NCBI RefSeq assembly: GCF_000143415.4
Contig: NW_003314265.1
Coordinates: forward strand, 2,373,181-2,437,180
Direction: 5' to 3'
Origin: Selaginella moellendorffii
Taxonomy: Eukaryota > Plantae > Lycopodiophyta
DNA length: 64,000 bases
Translations under genes and position numbers: made by a program
Notes under the pieces: generated by a model
Told to the model about the DNA's origin: nothing
The model's database searches: none
What the model saw: the letters and a program-made list of their open reading frames with translations, nothing else
Shown: in pieces, positions 39,500-51,220 of the stretch
Layout: each line of letters starts with the position of its first letter
Position numbering within the stretch: the stretch's first letter is position 1

Positions 39500-41969
39500 T
39501 GCGTCAGAAAGCTAGAAATCTGCAACATGGTGTAAAGATAGCAAAAGTGATGGTACCTAGAAATCTATGAAAATAGGAGCAGTTTGGTCCTCAAATAAAG
39601 AGGTTGGACTAACCACATGGTCACTCACCACCCAGTCCTTAAATAAAGAGGCCAAGTTGCTCTTGCTTGTGATTATCATTCCTGTTTCAAAGGTAGTAAA
39701 CACTATAGGATGTACATGCTTTATTGAAGTACCATACTGAAGGCTTTGAGACTCAGCTGCAACTAAGGGAAAATCCTCCACATAAACTCCACACTCGAAA
39801 AGAAGTGATGATCACAACAAACACTCAATTTGATCAAAGTGATGGGCAGCTTCAAGAGTTTCAAGTGGAGGCTCTTCCAATGAGATTGGGGAAGCCTCTG
39901 TGATGATAGTGTTGCATTGGAACATGTTAAACTCGGGCTATGATGGATCTTCAATCAACTCAGGAAAGATGACTGTTAGTGAGTTTGAGGAAAAGAATAT
40001 GGCTTGAAGGATATTCACTTGCTCGAAGGATATTGACTGGCTCTGAGATAGGCCTAGAGGCTATCCTTAAAGCTTTCTTAATAGAGAGTGTCTGCAGGCA
40101 TTGTAGAGATAAGAAATCTAATGACTGTCACTAATCTCTATCATGCCAAGCAACCAGTTGGTGATGCCTTTAATCTGATCATGCCAAACTCATCCAAGGA
40201 TCAGAAAATCCTTCAAAGGTGTGGAACTGAACTTTTGGTAGTCCACCACCACAAAATCCAAAAGAGACTCCACCCTGTTAACATAAACTTGAATGGTGTG
40301 ACAAATGCTTGCAAGGACAATAATATGGTTCATGAACATCTTTAGGATTAGAGTTGTGTTTCCAAAGACCTAAAGACTTGCTCTTGTGGCTGCATCCAAA
40401 GAGATCACATCACTCCCAAATCTAGAATCGACAAGAGTATTGATGATAGGAGAACCATTGCCAAAGTCTATGGGTGCAAAAAATGCATTTGGATTGAAAG
40501 AGAAGGCTGTGTCAACTATGTGTACGTCATGTGGGAGAGAGGCTGTTGCTCTAGTAGACCTTGCAAAATCCTCAAAATGCTGTTCAAAGCTGGGAATTGT
40601 GCATAAATGCTCACACAGTGAAAAGGTGATGGACATCTCCATCAACTGTTGAAGTACACTCTCAAGGACTTGGGAACTATTAGAGAAAGGCAGAGGACAT
40701 CCAGGAAGGAGAGACATGAATGGGAGTTTACATACCACCTTTTTACTGAATTAGTGATCACTGAAGGAGTTGGATCATCATTAATTTCCTCTTGAGCAAC
40801 TTTCTTCTTTTATGCTCTTGTGGCTGTTGTCCTTGTGACTTCCTCCTCAACAATCTTGATTGCATTGACCTTATCCATTGGAGCCTTCCCTTTACTGGAA
40901 GATGATGAAGGTGCATCTTTGATTGCATGTTGCTCAAGCTATTACTGGTAACAATCTTTCCCTTGTGTTGCAATGCTATTATCAGCGAATGGTTGCTCCT
41001 AAACATGCTAAGAGTGTGGTGGCCATAGCTATGGAAGAAGCTTCTAGCACCTCTTCATGTTGTAAGTCACGATGTTGCAATAGAAGCAATACCAAGATTT
41101 GGAGCCCATTATGGCTTCTTGGCTTGTTGTAAGTGGCAAACACAAAGCACTTTAAGCATCTTCTCTTGCATTTGCTACTAATACTAGATGATCTCCTTAT
41201 ATTGTCACAACTCCGTGAGTGCACTCTCGATGGCTAAGGGAACACACTCCACCACTATCACAGGAATATGTGAGTGGATGGTGGAACATGTGGACTTAAG
41301 GGAGGGTGATGCCAAGTCCTCCTCCACATGTGAAATGCCCAAGTCCACAAGAAGTTCCTGCTCCAACTTTGTGGCTGTTGCAAATGCAACATGGCATGTA
41401 GCAAATTGCCACTTGAACAACTTTTATTGCAAGTTTCCCTGAAGACCGGTGATGATGGCTGTGATCCCCTGCTGCTCCTGGGTGATAACCTGATGACCCC
41501 AACACCACTTCCAATATGAGTGAAAATGTGTGATGTAGTCCGGCACCAACTTGTGAGCACTTTGCCGAAATGCAAAGAGATCAATGACCAGGCAATTCAA
41601 TGGCTTCTCCTCAATGAAGTGGTCCTTGAAGGATTCTAGTAGCACCTGGTAGTCCATATTGTCTTCTGCAAGGAGGGACTGTACCTATGTTGCTGCTTTG
41701 CCGATGAGCGATTGGAGAAAATCCCTCTTCTTGTGATCATCATCAAGGATGGTGTTGGATGAGCAATAGTGCTCAATGTGGATGGAAGGAGAGATGCCAC
41801 CAATGCCAAAAAATGTTGGCAAGTCGCTCCCCTTTCGGAATATATGAACTTGAGGTTGTTGAGCCATCACATGCAAATCCACCAAGCTGGAATCCTCTAA
41901 AGACGTTGAATCCTCATTATCTGAGCGTGCCTTCATGCCATTTGATAATCTAACTCTCTTCTCAGACAT
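39500..41969 (-). mobile_element. Decayed retrotransposon gag-protease region, no RT recognised
   Basis: Gag-like LPTFFG...SIHIEHY...FLQSLIGKAA(W)...YQVLLESFKDHF...FRQ...VPDYITHF, and aspartic protease-like TLVDS..GSDVIS at ~40420. Many stops; boundaries not resolved. Confidence 0.6.
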
Positions 41970-43153
41970 GAAAAGCCACCCTCATGCTCTAGGAAAGGTA
42001 CTCAAACTCACAGGGTGGAGATTGCTTCCTTGTCAAGTCCACACCAGCCTGAAACATCTAGTTCACAGCAAATGCCCTACTAGAAATGTGAGATGCCCCA
42101 ATATCCAGCCAAACACCTCCAAATGCTAACCAGCAACCAAAATAAATGGCTGCTAGCTCTTAAGAATGCCCAAAACTCCAATCCAAGTCATGCTAAAGCC
42201 AGAAAGATGTTTCAAGATGAAGGAAATGGACTCCTCTTGCAGGGACTCTTTCATCTCTTGCAAGCATATGTATTTTGTAATTGTATGCTTTTTGGGATGG
42301 ATTCAAATGTTAAAATTTAGATTCATCACCTTGTAATGTCTGAATATGAGGTGTTTCATGACATTAAAAAATAATTAGATATTGGTATTGTATTCGAATT
42401 TAATATAATATAAATAAATTTTTATTTATAAATTATATCTAAAAAACATAGGGCATTACTTATAATAGGGATTTGATAGTAATAATAAATTGCTATGCGT
42501 TGCATGTAGCAATGTTTGGTTTGCTTAATAGTAGTGTTATTCTTACTTATTAATCCAATTGATCAAATAAACTTTATAATTATAAGCATGTTTGTAATTT
42601 ATAAACACAAGATTAACCTTATTGCATATCAACCATTAGATGATAGAATAAAAAAGAATATACTAGAAAGGGTTTAAGAAATTTTATAAATTATAAACAT
42701 GTTTATAAATTATAAATATAAGATTAATCTAAATGAATAACAACTGTTAGATGGTAGAATATCCTGGAATATCCAAGCATATTTTAGGTATATCCACTAC
42801 CATCCCAGTCCCCTTACAGATTTGTTTAAGCAAACTAATAAAAAATTTAATATAAATATACATTATAAATTAGAGGATGCTAACTTAAATAATTAATATA
42901 AATACTAATTATTAAATTTTAAAATAAGACAAAACCTCTATTAAATAGCAACTATTGCCACTAAGATTAGATACTGGTAGTTTACACAGATCTAAATATT
43001 ATTAAACTTATTAATTTGGTTTAAAATACCTATTAAATAAAAATATTGCCACTAAAACCTTAACTGTGCCAGAATATTCTTAAAATATTGTCAACCTGTA
43101 ATAACTCTCTTGGCTATTGGCGGATCCATGATAGCAGGATATGATGTATTGAG

Positions 43154-43815
43154 ATGCTGGAGAGAATAGAGGCCTGGAGCCAAAAGGGCACCATGTCTCC
43201 CATGTTTCACTTGAAAGGCATGGTCTCCATCTTCCAGTGTAGTGACGGGTCCGAGACCTTCATGTCGGTTTTGAGCGCTTACAGCGATACCAGTCTGGTC
43301 GAAGAGGCAAGGAAGTATTTCACAGTGATGCGCAACAAGCATGGAATTTCTCCAGGGAAAGAGCACTACGTGTGCATGATGGATCTGCTGGGCCTCGCAA
43401 CCCAGGGCAGTAAACGTGATTGAATCCATGCCTCTGGAAGACGCTGCTTGGAGTGTGTAAATGGAAGAATGTGGCCGTGAGGGAGGTGGATTTCGAGTCG
43501 TTGGTGGAGCTCGACGTGAGCAGTGCTGCGGCATATGTTCTCATGGCCAACATATACTCGAGCACAGGCAAGCTCGATGAGAGGAGCAAAGTTTTTGTGA
43601 GGATGTTGGTGAGAAAGAGGATGCGCTTAGCACAGCGAGAAGCTTGCAGTCCCTTGTGCGTTGATCAATTCCAAGCCAGGAAGTGTCATCAGTTATTTGA
43701 GAGTGTGCCAGGATTGTCAAAAAGCCACGGCAATCATCTCCAAGCTGGAGGAGTGTGTGCGAGCAGGCTCCATATTTTTAAAGATGGACAGTGCTCCTGT
43801 GGCGATTATTTCTAA
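43154..43815 (+). pseudogene. PLS-class PPR E/DYW pseudogene fragment
   Basis: TFMSVLSAYS...HGISPGKEHYVCMMDLLG; WKTLLGVCK; AAAYVLMANIYS; terminal HIFKDGQCSCGDYF*. Has frameshifts and large internal deletions. Confidence 0.85.
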
Positions 43816-43935
43816 GACACAAAACAAATTTTAGACATTTTTTTAAATTATAAATGAAGAATTAAAGACAATTAGATTTATTGAATTCTGAGCTCATGAG
43901 CTAAAAAGTGGTATCAAATGTTTTGTAATGCAATA

Positions 43936-44889
43936 TTATATCTCTTGACTTACGAATTCTGTCAGAACTTCCACAAGCTTCACTCTCTCCTGTTCTTCAG
44001 CCATGTAAAACGCATGGCCTGCATTCTCAAACACAACCTGCTGAACTGGGATGCCAATCTCCTTCACCTTCTTTGCAAAGTCGAGCTGCCTTTCATGGAG
44101 CAAATCAGCGGTCCCAATCACAACAAGCGTCCTTGGCATATCCGCATCATTGAGAGCATGGGGGAGCTCCACCATTGGGTTGCAGTATGGATGATCTCTA
44201 TTGGCTCCATCTGGGAGTGTGTACTTCCAAAACACATCGCACAACTCAGTCGTAAGTTGGCCAGGCTTGAACTCGACGAGCTCGGGGGGAGTCCGCTCAA
44301 CACCTCCAAAGAACGGCTGGATGAGAATCTGGCCAGCCAGAACCAGCGGCTTCAAATCCGAGCCACTCTTCGCTGAAGCTCGCTTCATGACATGATAAAC
44401 AATATTCCCTGCAGCGCTATCGCCCACCACGAAAACCTTGGTAAAATCAGCACAGTCCGACAGCCAGGGCGCGGTAACTTCCTTCTTGGCCACTGCTTGA
44501 AGCCATTTCAGAGCGGTAAATCCGTCCTCATAAGCAACTGGCAAGCGGTGCTCTGGTGCAATCCGGTAATTCACGGAGACCACAAGTGCCCCCACCGATT
44601 TTGCAAAATCCTCGCAAAGGTGGTGGTATCCAATATCATCAGCGCTGGATTGAATGAACCCACCTCCATGGATGAACAGGAGGATAGGCAGCTTACCAGA
44701 TTCATGCTTCTGCTGGGGACAGAATACCCTCACCCATAGATTGCTTTCCTCCTCAATTGTCAGATCTTTCGAGGCCACTCCATCCACAAAATCGGGATTT
44801 GCCGGACTCGTTGGGATTGTTCCACGAGTGTATGAACCATCTTGGTGAATGACCAGACCATCAAGCTGTAAATCCACTACACTTGCCAT
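43936..44889 (-). CDS. Carboxylesterase (CXE / GID1-related alpha/beta hydrolase), intronless, 317 aa
   Basis: HGGGF, SVNYRIAPEHRLPVAYED and GDSAAGN motifs; catalytic Asp (TADLL) and His (AGHAF) are retained. Confidence 0.92.
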   Translation of the reverse strand: MASVVDLQLDGLVIHQDGSYTRGTIPTSPANPDFVDGVASKDLTIEEESNLWVRVFCPQQKHESGKLPILLFIHGGGFIQSSADDIGYHHLCEDFAKSVGALVVSVNYRIAPEHRLPVAYEDGFTALKWLQAVAKKEVTAPWLSDCADFTKVFVVGDSAAGNIVYHVMKRASAKSGSDLKPLVLAGQILIQPFFGGVERTPPELVEFKPGQLTTELCDVFWKYTLPDGANRDHPYCNPMVELPHALNDADMPRTLVVIGTADLLHERQLDFAKKVKEIGIPVQQVVFENAGHAFYMAEEQERVKLVEVLTEFVSQEI

Positions 44890-45419
44890 TGCTTGCCCTG
44901 TGTCTCGGTCTTTGTTCTTATATTGTGATGAGATATTGTTATTGAATGAGCCCAGCAGTCAAGGTGTTGCTTTCAGTATTCAACCCGTGTTCCTTTTGCC
45001 TTTCCATGTGTACTGACGTCCAAACACTTCTCTCTCACAAAAGATTCTTTTTTGTTGGATATGAATGTAGAAGTCCGTATTGATGCGCTCGATGTAATCG
45101 TTAAATAAATGGATCTGGCCTCTTTCTCGCTCTCTCTGATCAGCCAGCTCCGTTACTTTTGAGCAAAAGATCTAGCCAATTCGTCTGCTTGATCCAAAAA
45201 AGCCTCTTTTCCCAGTTGATTGGTCCTAGACTGCTTTTAAAGATCAACCCTGCTCCAAGATCAAAGTTCCATAGAAGCTATCTCTCGATTTGAGAGCAAG
45301 AATGTGAGTGATCTCGTCCATTAGGGTATTGCGCAAGTGAAAATCCTGTTAAGTAATAGTATGATAATAATTTATCGCAAAACCGGGGCATTTTTACAAA
45401 ATCGTTAGCACCTTGGGCA

Positions 45420-45452
45420 TAGGGTTTAAGTTTTTCTCTGTATAAACCCTAA
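45420..45452. promoter_or_regulatory. Inverted pair of telo-boxes just upstream of the TTI1 start codon
   Basis: TAGGGTTT at 45420 and AAACCCTAA at 45444. Confidence 0.65.
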
Positions 45453-45460
45453 AAATGTGA

Positions 45461-48400
45461 ATGATGGCCTCTTCGGCGCTCCGGCCTCTGTGCACGAAGC
45501 TCCTGGAGCTTCCCACCGCGGGCATCGAGGCGCAGGGCCAGGCGATCGAGGCGGCAGAGGCCCTCGAGAAGATTTTGGAGGCGCTCCCGGCATCGGCTCT
45601 CCAGAGCTGCTACCAGTAAGCAAAGTGAAAATCCCCCCCTCTCTCTCTCTCTCCCTCATTCTGGGATGAATCGTCAGGTGTGCGCTCTTCCCACTGCTGC
45701 TCCTCATCGACGCGGCCGTGGTGCTGCGAGCCAAGGGCGTGGCGGTGCGATCCAAGCCCGTGATCGTGAGCGACAGATTGGCGGAGAGAGTTGCTGCGTG
45801 TTTGGAGATTCTGCTGCGGAAATGCCCCGTCCAAGACATCCAGGAGATGGCGACGCTGCTGCGGAAACTCGTCGGCGCGGCCATGCTCAAGCCCGACGAG
45901 GCGTCGGAAGAATTCCGCCACGGGGTTGTCAAATGCCTGGCTTCCATGTTCCAGCATTTGCCTCCTCAGGGAGATGTCGCGGAGAGAATGCGGTCGGAGG
46001 AGATGGCCGCCGCCATCGGCCATTTGTTCTCGGTCTTACTCCAGGTATTTTTGTGTGGTTTTTCTCTCGAGTGTGACTAGATCCTTCTTGCAGATCTCTC
46101 ATGCCGAGGCTGCAAGAGCTGGCGTGGGGAGTGCATCAATACGAGCCGACTCTCTTGCAACGCTTAGAATCGTCGTGACGAAGGTGATTCAAGTTCTTCC
46201 TTTTCTTCTCTTGGTGAATAGAGTTCTTCCAGGTTGCATCGCCCGATGCTCTCGCGTTTTTTCTTCCCGGTGTTGCCAGCGGGCTTGGAAAAGTGATCAA
46301 GGGTGCAGTTGTGAGCAACGGGAGGTCGGGTTTTGTTTCCGCCGCGCAGTTCTATTCCGTTGGAGCAGCTGCCAGCAGCCGGTCGTTGAGTGAGGCGATC
46401 CTGGGGATTGCCGAGTTGCTCGTTCTCGTGCTTGCGGATTCCCGGAATTTAGTAACTGCAGACATCGCCACTCCTCGCATTCAGGACCAGGAAGCTTTGG
46501 GAGCTTTGCAAAAGCTGTCGAAGAAGGCGGTACATGAAACTCGACGTGATGAGCATCAGCTTGAGGTGGCAGACACGAGCATGGAGGATCGAAAGGTCAT
46601 GCGCGTAGAGTGCAACGAAAGGTGGCTTGCCGACACAGTATCTCATATCGACAAGTTGTTACAGGATGTTCTTCCCTTGGTACGTTTGAAACTTCCTCCT
46701 TTTCTTTTTGCAGTTCAAGCTTCTTGACATGGTTTCAGCTTTGTGCTCACCCGGTCGCAGCTGTACGTAAAGCGGTCGTGGAAGCTACCGGGCAAATAAT
46801 TGGATCTTGCCAGAAGACCTTGGAAGTCTGCATGCCATTGCTTTTGGTAAGATCAATATTTGCTAGCGATCGTTGTTGGGGAATGACTGATGTATGTCAG
46901 GAAACTCTGCTGCTCTTTGCTTGCGGTGATTCAAGCTCCGTTTCGGCCACTGCAAGTCACCATCTCTCATTCCTCGCACATTCCGGAAGTCACTCCAAAC
47001 TAAAATCGGCTTTCACTGCTGTTCTCAACAGGTTTGAAAGTCAAGTACTGAGATAAAGCCTAACAGTTGATGATCCAGGCTTTTGGAGGATCTGCCTAAA
47101 GTTGTTATTTCAGCAGATGAAGTTTCTGCATTGCATCATGCGCGACGACTAGCAGCCGCAATGTATTACTCAGGCCCCAGAGCTGTCTTTACGTCGCTGT
47201 TTCAATCTCCGGTAAGCCTGAATTCTTTTGAGTATCTTTTGCAATTGAAGGCTGACGGACGTTTCAGGCTTGTGTTTCGCGGTTCATCACTATTATGACA
47301 CAATCTCTAAGTCTTCCTTCAACGTTTGCATCGTCCGGCTACATTGAATCCGGAGGCTACAAGTTTCGAGAGATTTCACTTCCGCATGGAGCGAGTCTTG
47401 AGGCTGAAGTGGCAAATGATCAATTGCCTCGGACAGCTCCTTGGTTTACGCAGGCTGGAAAAGTGAAGCTGTATGATGCACTGGCAAGCACTCTGAGGCT
47501 TGCTGGATTCTCGAGCTTGAGAGGTTCTGTCGACAAACCAAGTTTAGCGGACTTGCTACTACTCCTCCAGTCGTCTATCCGTGATTGTGCATCGGAAAGT
47601 GGAGCTGACAAGGGTGGCCAGCTTCGACGCTCTGCTGCCGCTGCAGCTTGCGCATTGAACGAGATTATCTACGGAGCATCTGGAACTTGGCTGGACAGGA
47701 ATAATCTCTTCGGAAGTAAAGACTCCAATGAATGGGATCCGCTGCCGAAGGCAGACTTTCTTTCACATGTCCGTGACGCCATTGGCGACGTCCTTCACGA
47801 TTACATGGTGTCAGAATTGTGGGATCTTCCAGTTGATTCTCAAGGAAGTGACGAGAGTGATCTGCCTATCCTCGAAGACAATGCAACACTTCAACAGGTT
47901 TGTGTATTTCTTGCATGATCGTCTCATAAAAGTTTTACAGGTGCTTATTGAAGGTGTTGGAATTTTCGGAATGACTTTGGGAAGCTCGTTCGAAACCAGC
48001 GGCTACTTGGGCTTGGTGATTTATCCCCTACTGGAGAAGCTGGGCTGTAGCCGATATTCGATCGCCCACGCAGCGAGCATTTCGTTACGTGGAATTTCCC
48101 ATCACTCCGGTTATGTTTCTGTAAGTTATGCTTCTGCTTACAAATTGTGGATAATAACTCGTTTTTTTCGTTTCTAGGTGCAAAAACTGGTAGTGGCAAA
48201 TTTGGATCATGTGGTGGATTCGTTGTGTCGGCAACTGAGGCACATATCAATGTATCCTCATGCGCCTGAGTTTTTGACCGCTATATTACAACAAACCGGA
48301 GCTGCAGCCGACCTGCTTCCTCTCCTCGAAGAACCAGTAAGCGATCTGAAGTCTCAACTTGTTTAAACTCTCCCTGGTTTAGATGCGAGGTCTTCTCCAG

Positions 48401-49793
48401 GAACTGGAAATACCTGGCAGGCACCACCATCCTTTCCTTACGGTTCCAATCCTGAAGGTAATGGTGTATGAAATCGTCATCAACTAGCTAATCACATTGA
48501 TAACAGGCACTGCGAGAAATAACTAGAGCTGCTAGGCATGAAAGCTTTGAACTAGCGTCGAGTGGTGGGTATGGTGTTTTACTGTATTCGTTTCTGACCG
48601 AAGCTACCTTTCAGATTTGCCATCATCTATGGATGAAGGGGAGCAGAACATTCAGAAGTTGCTGCAGCATAAAAGATGCCACCATTCAGTTTTGACGGTG
48701 GCATCTTCGTGCATTGTGTCTTCGGCTCCGCTACTTGCCTCAAAAAATATCCCCGCGAGGATTCTTGCACTTGACATAATAGAGGTTGGTATTGAACAGA
48801 GTGTACGCAAATGTTAATGAGCCGTGATGTTGTTACAGGATGGTGTTGCAGCGCTGTCTAAGATCGAAGCCGCTTATAAAGCTAGCAACTTGAGATGGCA
48901 AGAAGCCATGCAAGCTTTCGAAAGATCCCAAGGCAACTTGGATTATGAAACACCGGACAGGGACCCCAACGACGGGAACAAGCTTCTTCCTACCATTCAC
49001 CAGATCTGGCCTCACGTAGTATGCTGCTTGAGGAGTGAACACCCAGCGGTAAGCTAGCTTAAGTGCTACTGTCTTTTTCCAGTTTGCAGACAAGTTTTCC
49101 TTCGCAGGTTCTCGTAAGATGTTTGAGTGCCATAGCATTTGTTGCGCGTGAATGCGGTGGATCTTTTCTAGCTCGTCGCCTGCAAAAGGACGTCCTGCCT
49201 TTGCTTCTACGGCTTCTTCAAGACGGTCCGGTAACTGGAGGCCGGGTCGGTCTCGACCAGCTTATAGCGCAGCCTGCCACTCGAGCTCTTGCCACCAGGG
49301 AGTCTCCAGGAACAGTTCGTAAAGTCCAAGAAGCAGCGCTCAAGTGCATCAAAGCTATAAGCGGGGACAAGAAGAGTGCTCCAGCCTTGGATGCAATCTT
49401 TGAGACGGTTGCCGGGGCGGTGGTGAGCTTAGCTTGCAGTCAGTGGGAGCTGAAAGAGCTAGCCGCGGAGGCAGCGAGTGCTCTATCAAGCAGCGATCCA
49501 GATCTCGTGTGGATCCTGGCAGCGGACTTGGCTTATGAAAGCGGCGAGGCGGTGGCTCCTGCGTCTCCGTGTCTTCCAAGCTGCTCGGAGATACTCCCGC
49601 CGCTCACGTCAGACACCGAGGCCTTGTGCTCGCAGTACGCGGGACGGGACTTTCGGCTCCAGCACAAGCTCGACCGCAGGTGTGCGTACGAGCTTCTTTG
49701 CAAACTGGAAAGCTCGACTTCGTTCGCTAAGGTAACGGTTTTTTGCTTTTGTTCTTGCTGGTTTTTTATCTATCTTCTCGGTAGAAGCAATGA
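45461..49793 (+). CDS. TTI1: TELO2-interacting protein 1 homolog (HEAT/ARM repeat; TTT complex), many exons with ~45-60 bp introns
   Basis: Spliced N-terminus LQSCYQ|CALFPLLLLIDAA; SEEFRHGVVKC; ALAFFLPGVASGL; ANLDHVVDSLCRQLRHI..YPHAP; NKLLPTIHQIWP; DPDLVWILAADL. These motifs are typical of plant TTI1. The last exon is uncertain. Confidence 0.85.
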
Positions 49794-50031
49794 GGAACTG
49801 GCTGGGGCTGTAGATCTTCGAAACTTTGTAACTCCTGCTTGTGCGTACATTTCTTTGCTTTTGTTCCTGGTTTATGATAATCGTCTCGGTAGAAGCATAT
49901 ACAGCTTCCAAACTTTGTAACTCTCGAGCTCTTGGAGATAGATTCCTGGACAAAACTTATAGCATACACTCTTTCATCAAAAGCTCTGCTAGAGCTTCCA
50001 CAACTCTAAGAAAAGAAAAAAAGTGGCTACC

Positions 50032-50943
50032 TTACATCCGCGGAGGAGGTGGTGGCATCCACGCCTGGTGCGGTGGCGGCGCCCCCGGCGACGGGAACCA
50101 CTGCCCCTGCGGCGGTGGCGGCGCCGCTACCACCGCCGGCGCGGGCGGCGCCGCCTGCGCGTGGTGGTGGTGGTGCGACCAGTCGTGCTGCTGGGGGGGC
50201 GGCGGCGGCATCACCGTGTACGGCACCCCGCTACCGTAACCATGGTAGTACCCCCCGGTGGCGGCGGAGGCCTCGGGCGGCGGCAGCGGCGGCTGGAACT
50301 TGGGGATGATGTGCGGCTTCCGGTCGGGGTTCTTGGCGGCGATCTCGCGCTCCGCGGGCGACCCGTGCAGCTCGCCGCTGTCCTTCTTGCGCGCGTACGA
50401 CACGCTCACCTGCTGGTTCTCGATGAACTGCTTGTCCATGCTCTCGATGGCCAGGTCCGACGCCTCGAAGCAGTCGTAGTGCACGAAGCCATAGCCGGGC
50501 CGCGTCTGGTCGTCCGAGTGGACGACGCTCGAGTAGACGACGCGGCCGAAGCCGCTGAAGATGGATCCCAGGAGATAGTTGTCCACGGTCCGGCTGAGGT
50601 TGCCCACGAAGAGATTGGCGCCAACGTTCTCGTCCTTGTGCGAGGCCTTGCTCATCCGGATGCACCGCCCGTAGAGGCGGCAGTTGTTGAGGATCTTGAC
50701 GGCGTAGTCCACCGCCGTCTCGTTGGCCAGCTCCACGAAGCCGTAGCCCGAGTGCGCGGTGGTAATCTTGTCGCGCGGGATGTAGACGCTCTGGACGCGA
50801 GCCACCTGCGTGAAGAGCTCCCACAGGATGTCCTCGGTTACCTGGGGATCCAGGTTGCCCACGTACGCGGTCGCGTCCTGGTTGTGCTCCTTGGCGTGCT
50901 GGGACAGGAGATTGGCGCCCGCGCCGGCCACGACCTTGGTCAT
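50032..50943 (-). CDS. SF3B4: Divergent intronless splicing factor 3B subunit 4 (SAP49)-like protein with two RRMs and a Pro-rich tail
   Basis: GANLL.QH..E.NQDATAYVGNLD, LWELF.Q, ANLFVGNL, FEASD.AIESM, VSYA.KKD..GE.HG.PAER. Confidence 0.88.
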   Translation of the reverse strand: MTKVVAGAGANLLSQHAKEHNQDATAYVGNLDPQVTEDILWELFTQVARVQSVYIPRDKITTAHSGYGFVELANETAVDYAVKILNNCRLYGRCIRMSKASHKDENVGANLFVGNLSRTVDNYLLGSIFSGFGRVVYSSVVHSDDQTRPGYGFVHYDCFEASDLAIESMDKQFIENQQVSVSYARKKDSGELHGSPAEREIAAKNPDRKPHIIPKFQPPLPPPEASAATGGYYHGYGSGVPYTVMPPPPPQQHDWSHHHHHAQAAPPAPAVVAAPPPPQGQWFPSPGAPPPHQAWMPPPPPRM

Positions 50944-51220
50944 TCTCGCCCCTTCTTCCTACCCAAGAACCCTAAAAGTTGAGATTTCCTAATGCCCAAG
51001 AGCCCTAACTCTCCCCTGCCCAAGAACCCTAAAGTTGGGAATTTCTAGGGTTCCTCTATGTCCAGCTTTCAGGAGGAAGCCCGGAGCGCCAGGGCATGAG
51101 AATTTACTGCGCCTGCGCCTCCCCGCTCCTTGCTGGATCCGCCGATCCCTCCGCGCAGGTACATTTGTTCTCGCCGCCGCTTGGATTCTCCTCCTCCTCC
51201 TCCTTTTCCTCGCGGCGGCC
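50944..51220. promoter_or_regulatory. Putative short bidirectional promoter / 5' UTRs with telo-box-like motifs
   Basis: AACCCTAA at ~50968 and ~51025, GCCCTAA at 51002 and TAGGGTT at ~51046, between divergent start codons ~280 bp apart. Confidence 0.55.

Noticed and set aside
42380-43090. AT-rich stretch with two short imperfect tandem duplications as a MITE or Helitron
   Set aside because: No convincing TIRs, TSD or hairpin-CTAG terminus could be identified.
43936-44889. Gibberellin receptor GID1
   Set aside because: The catalytic His is retained (GID1 has Val/Ile), and the GID1 N-terminal lid and GDSSGG motif are absent.
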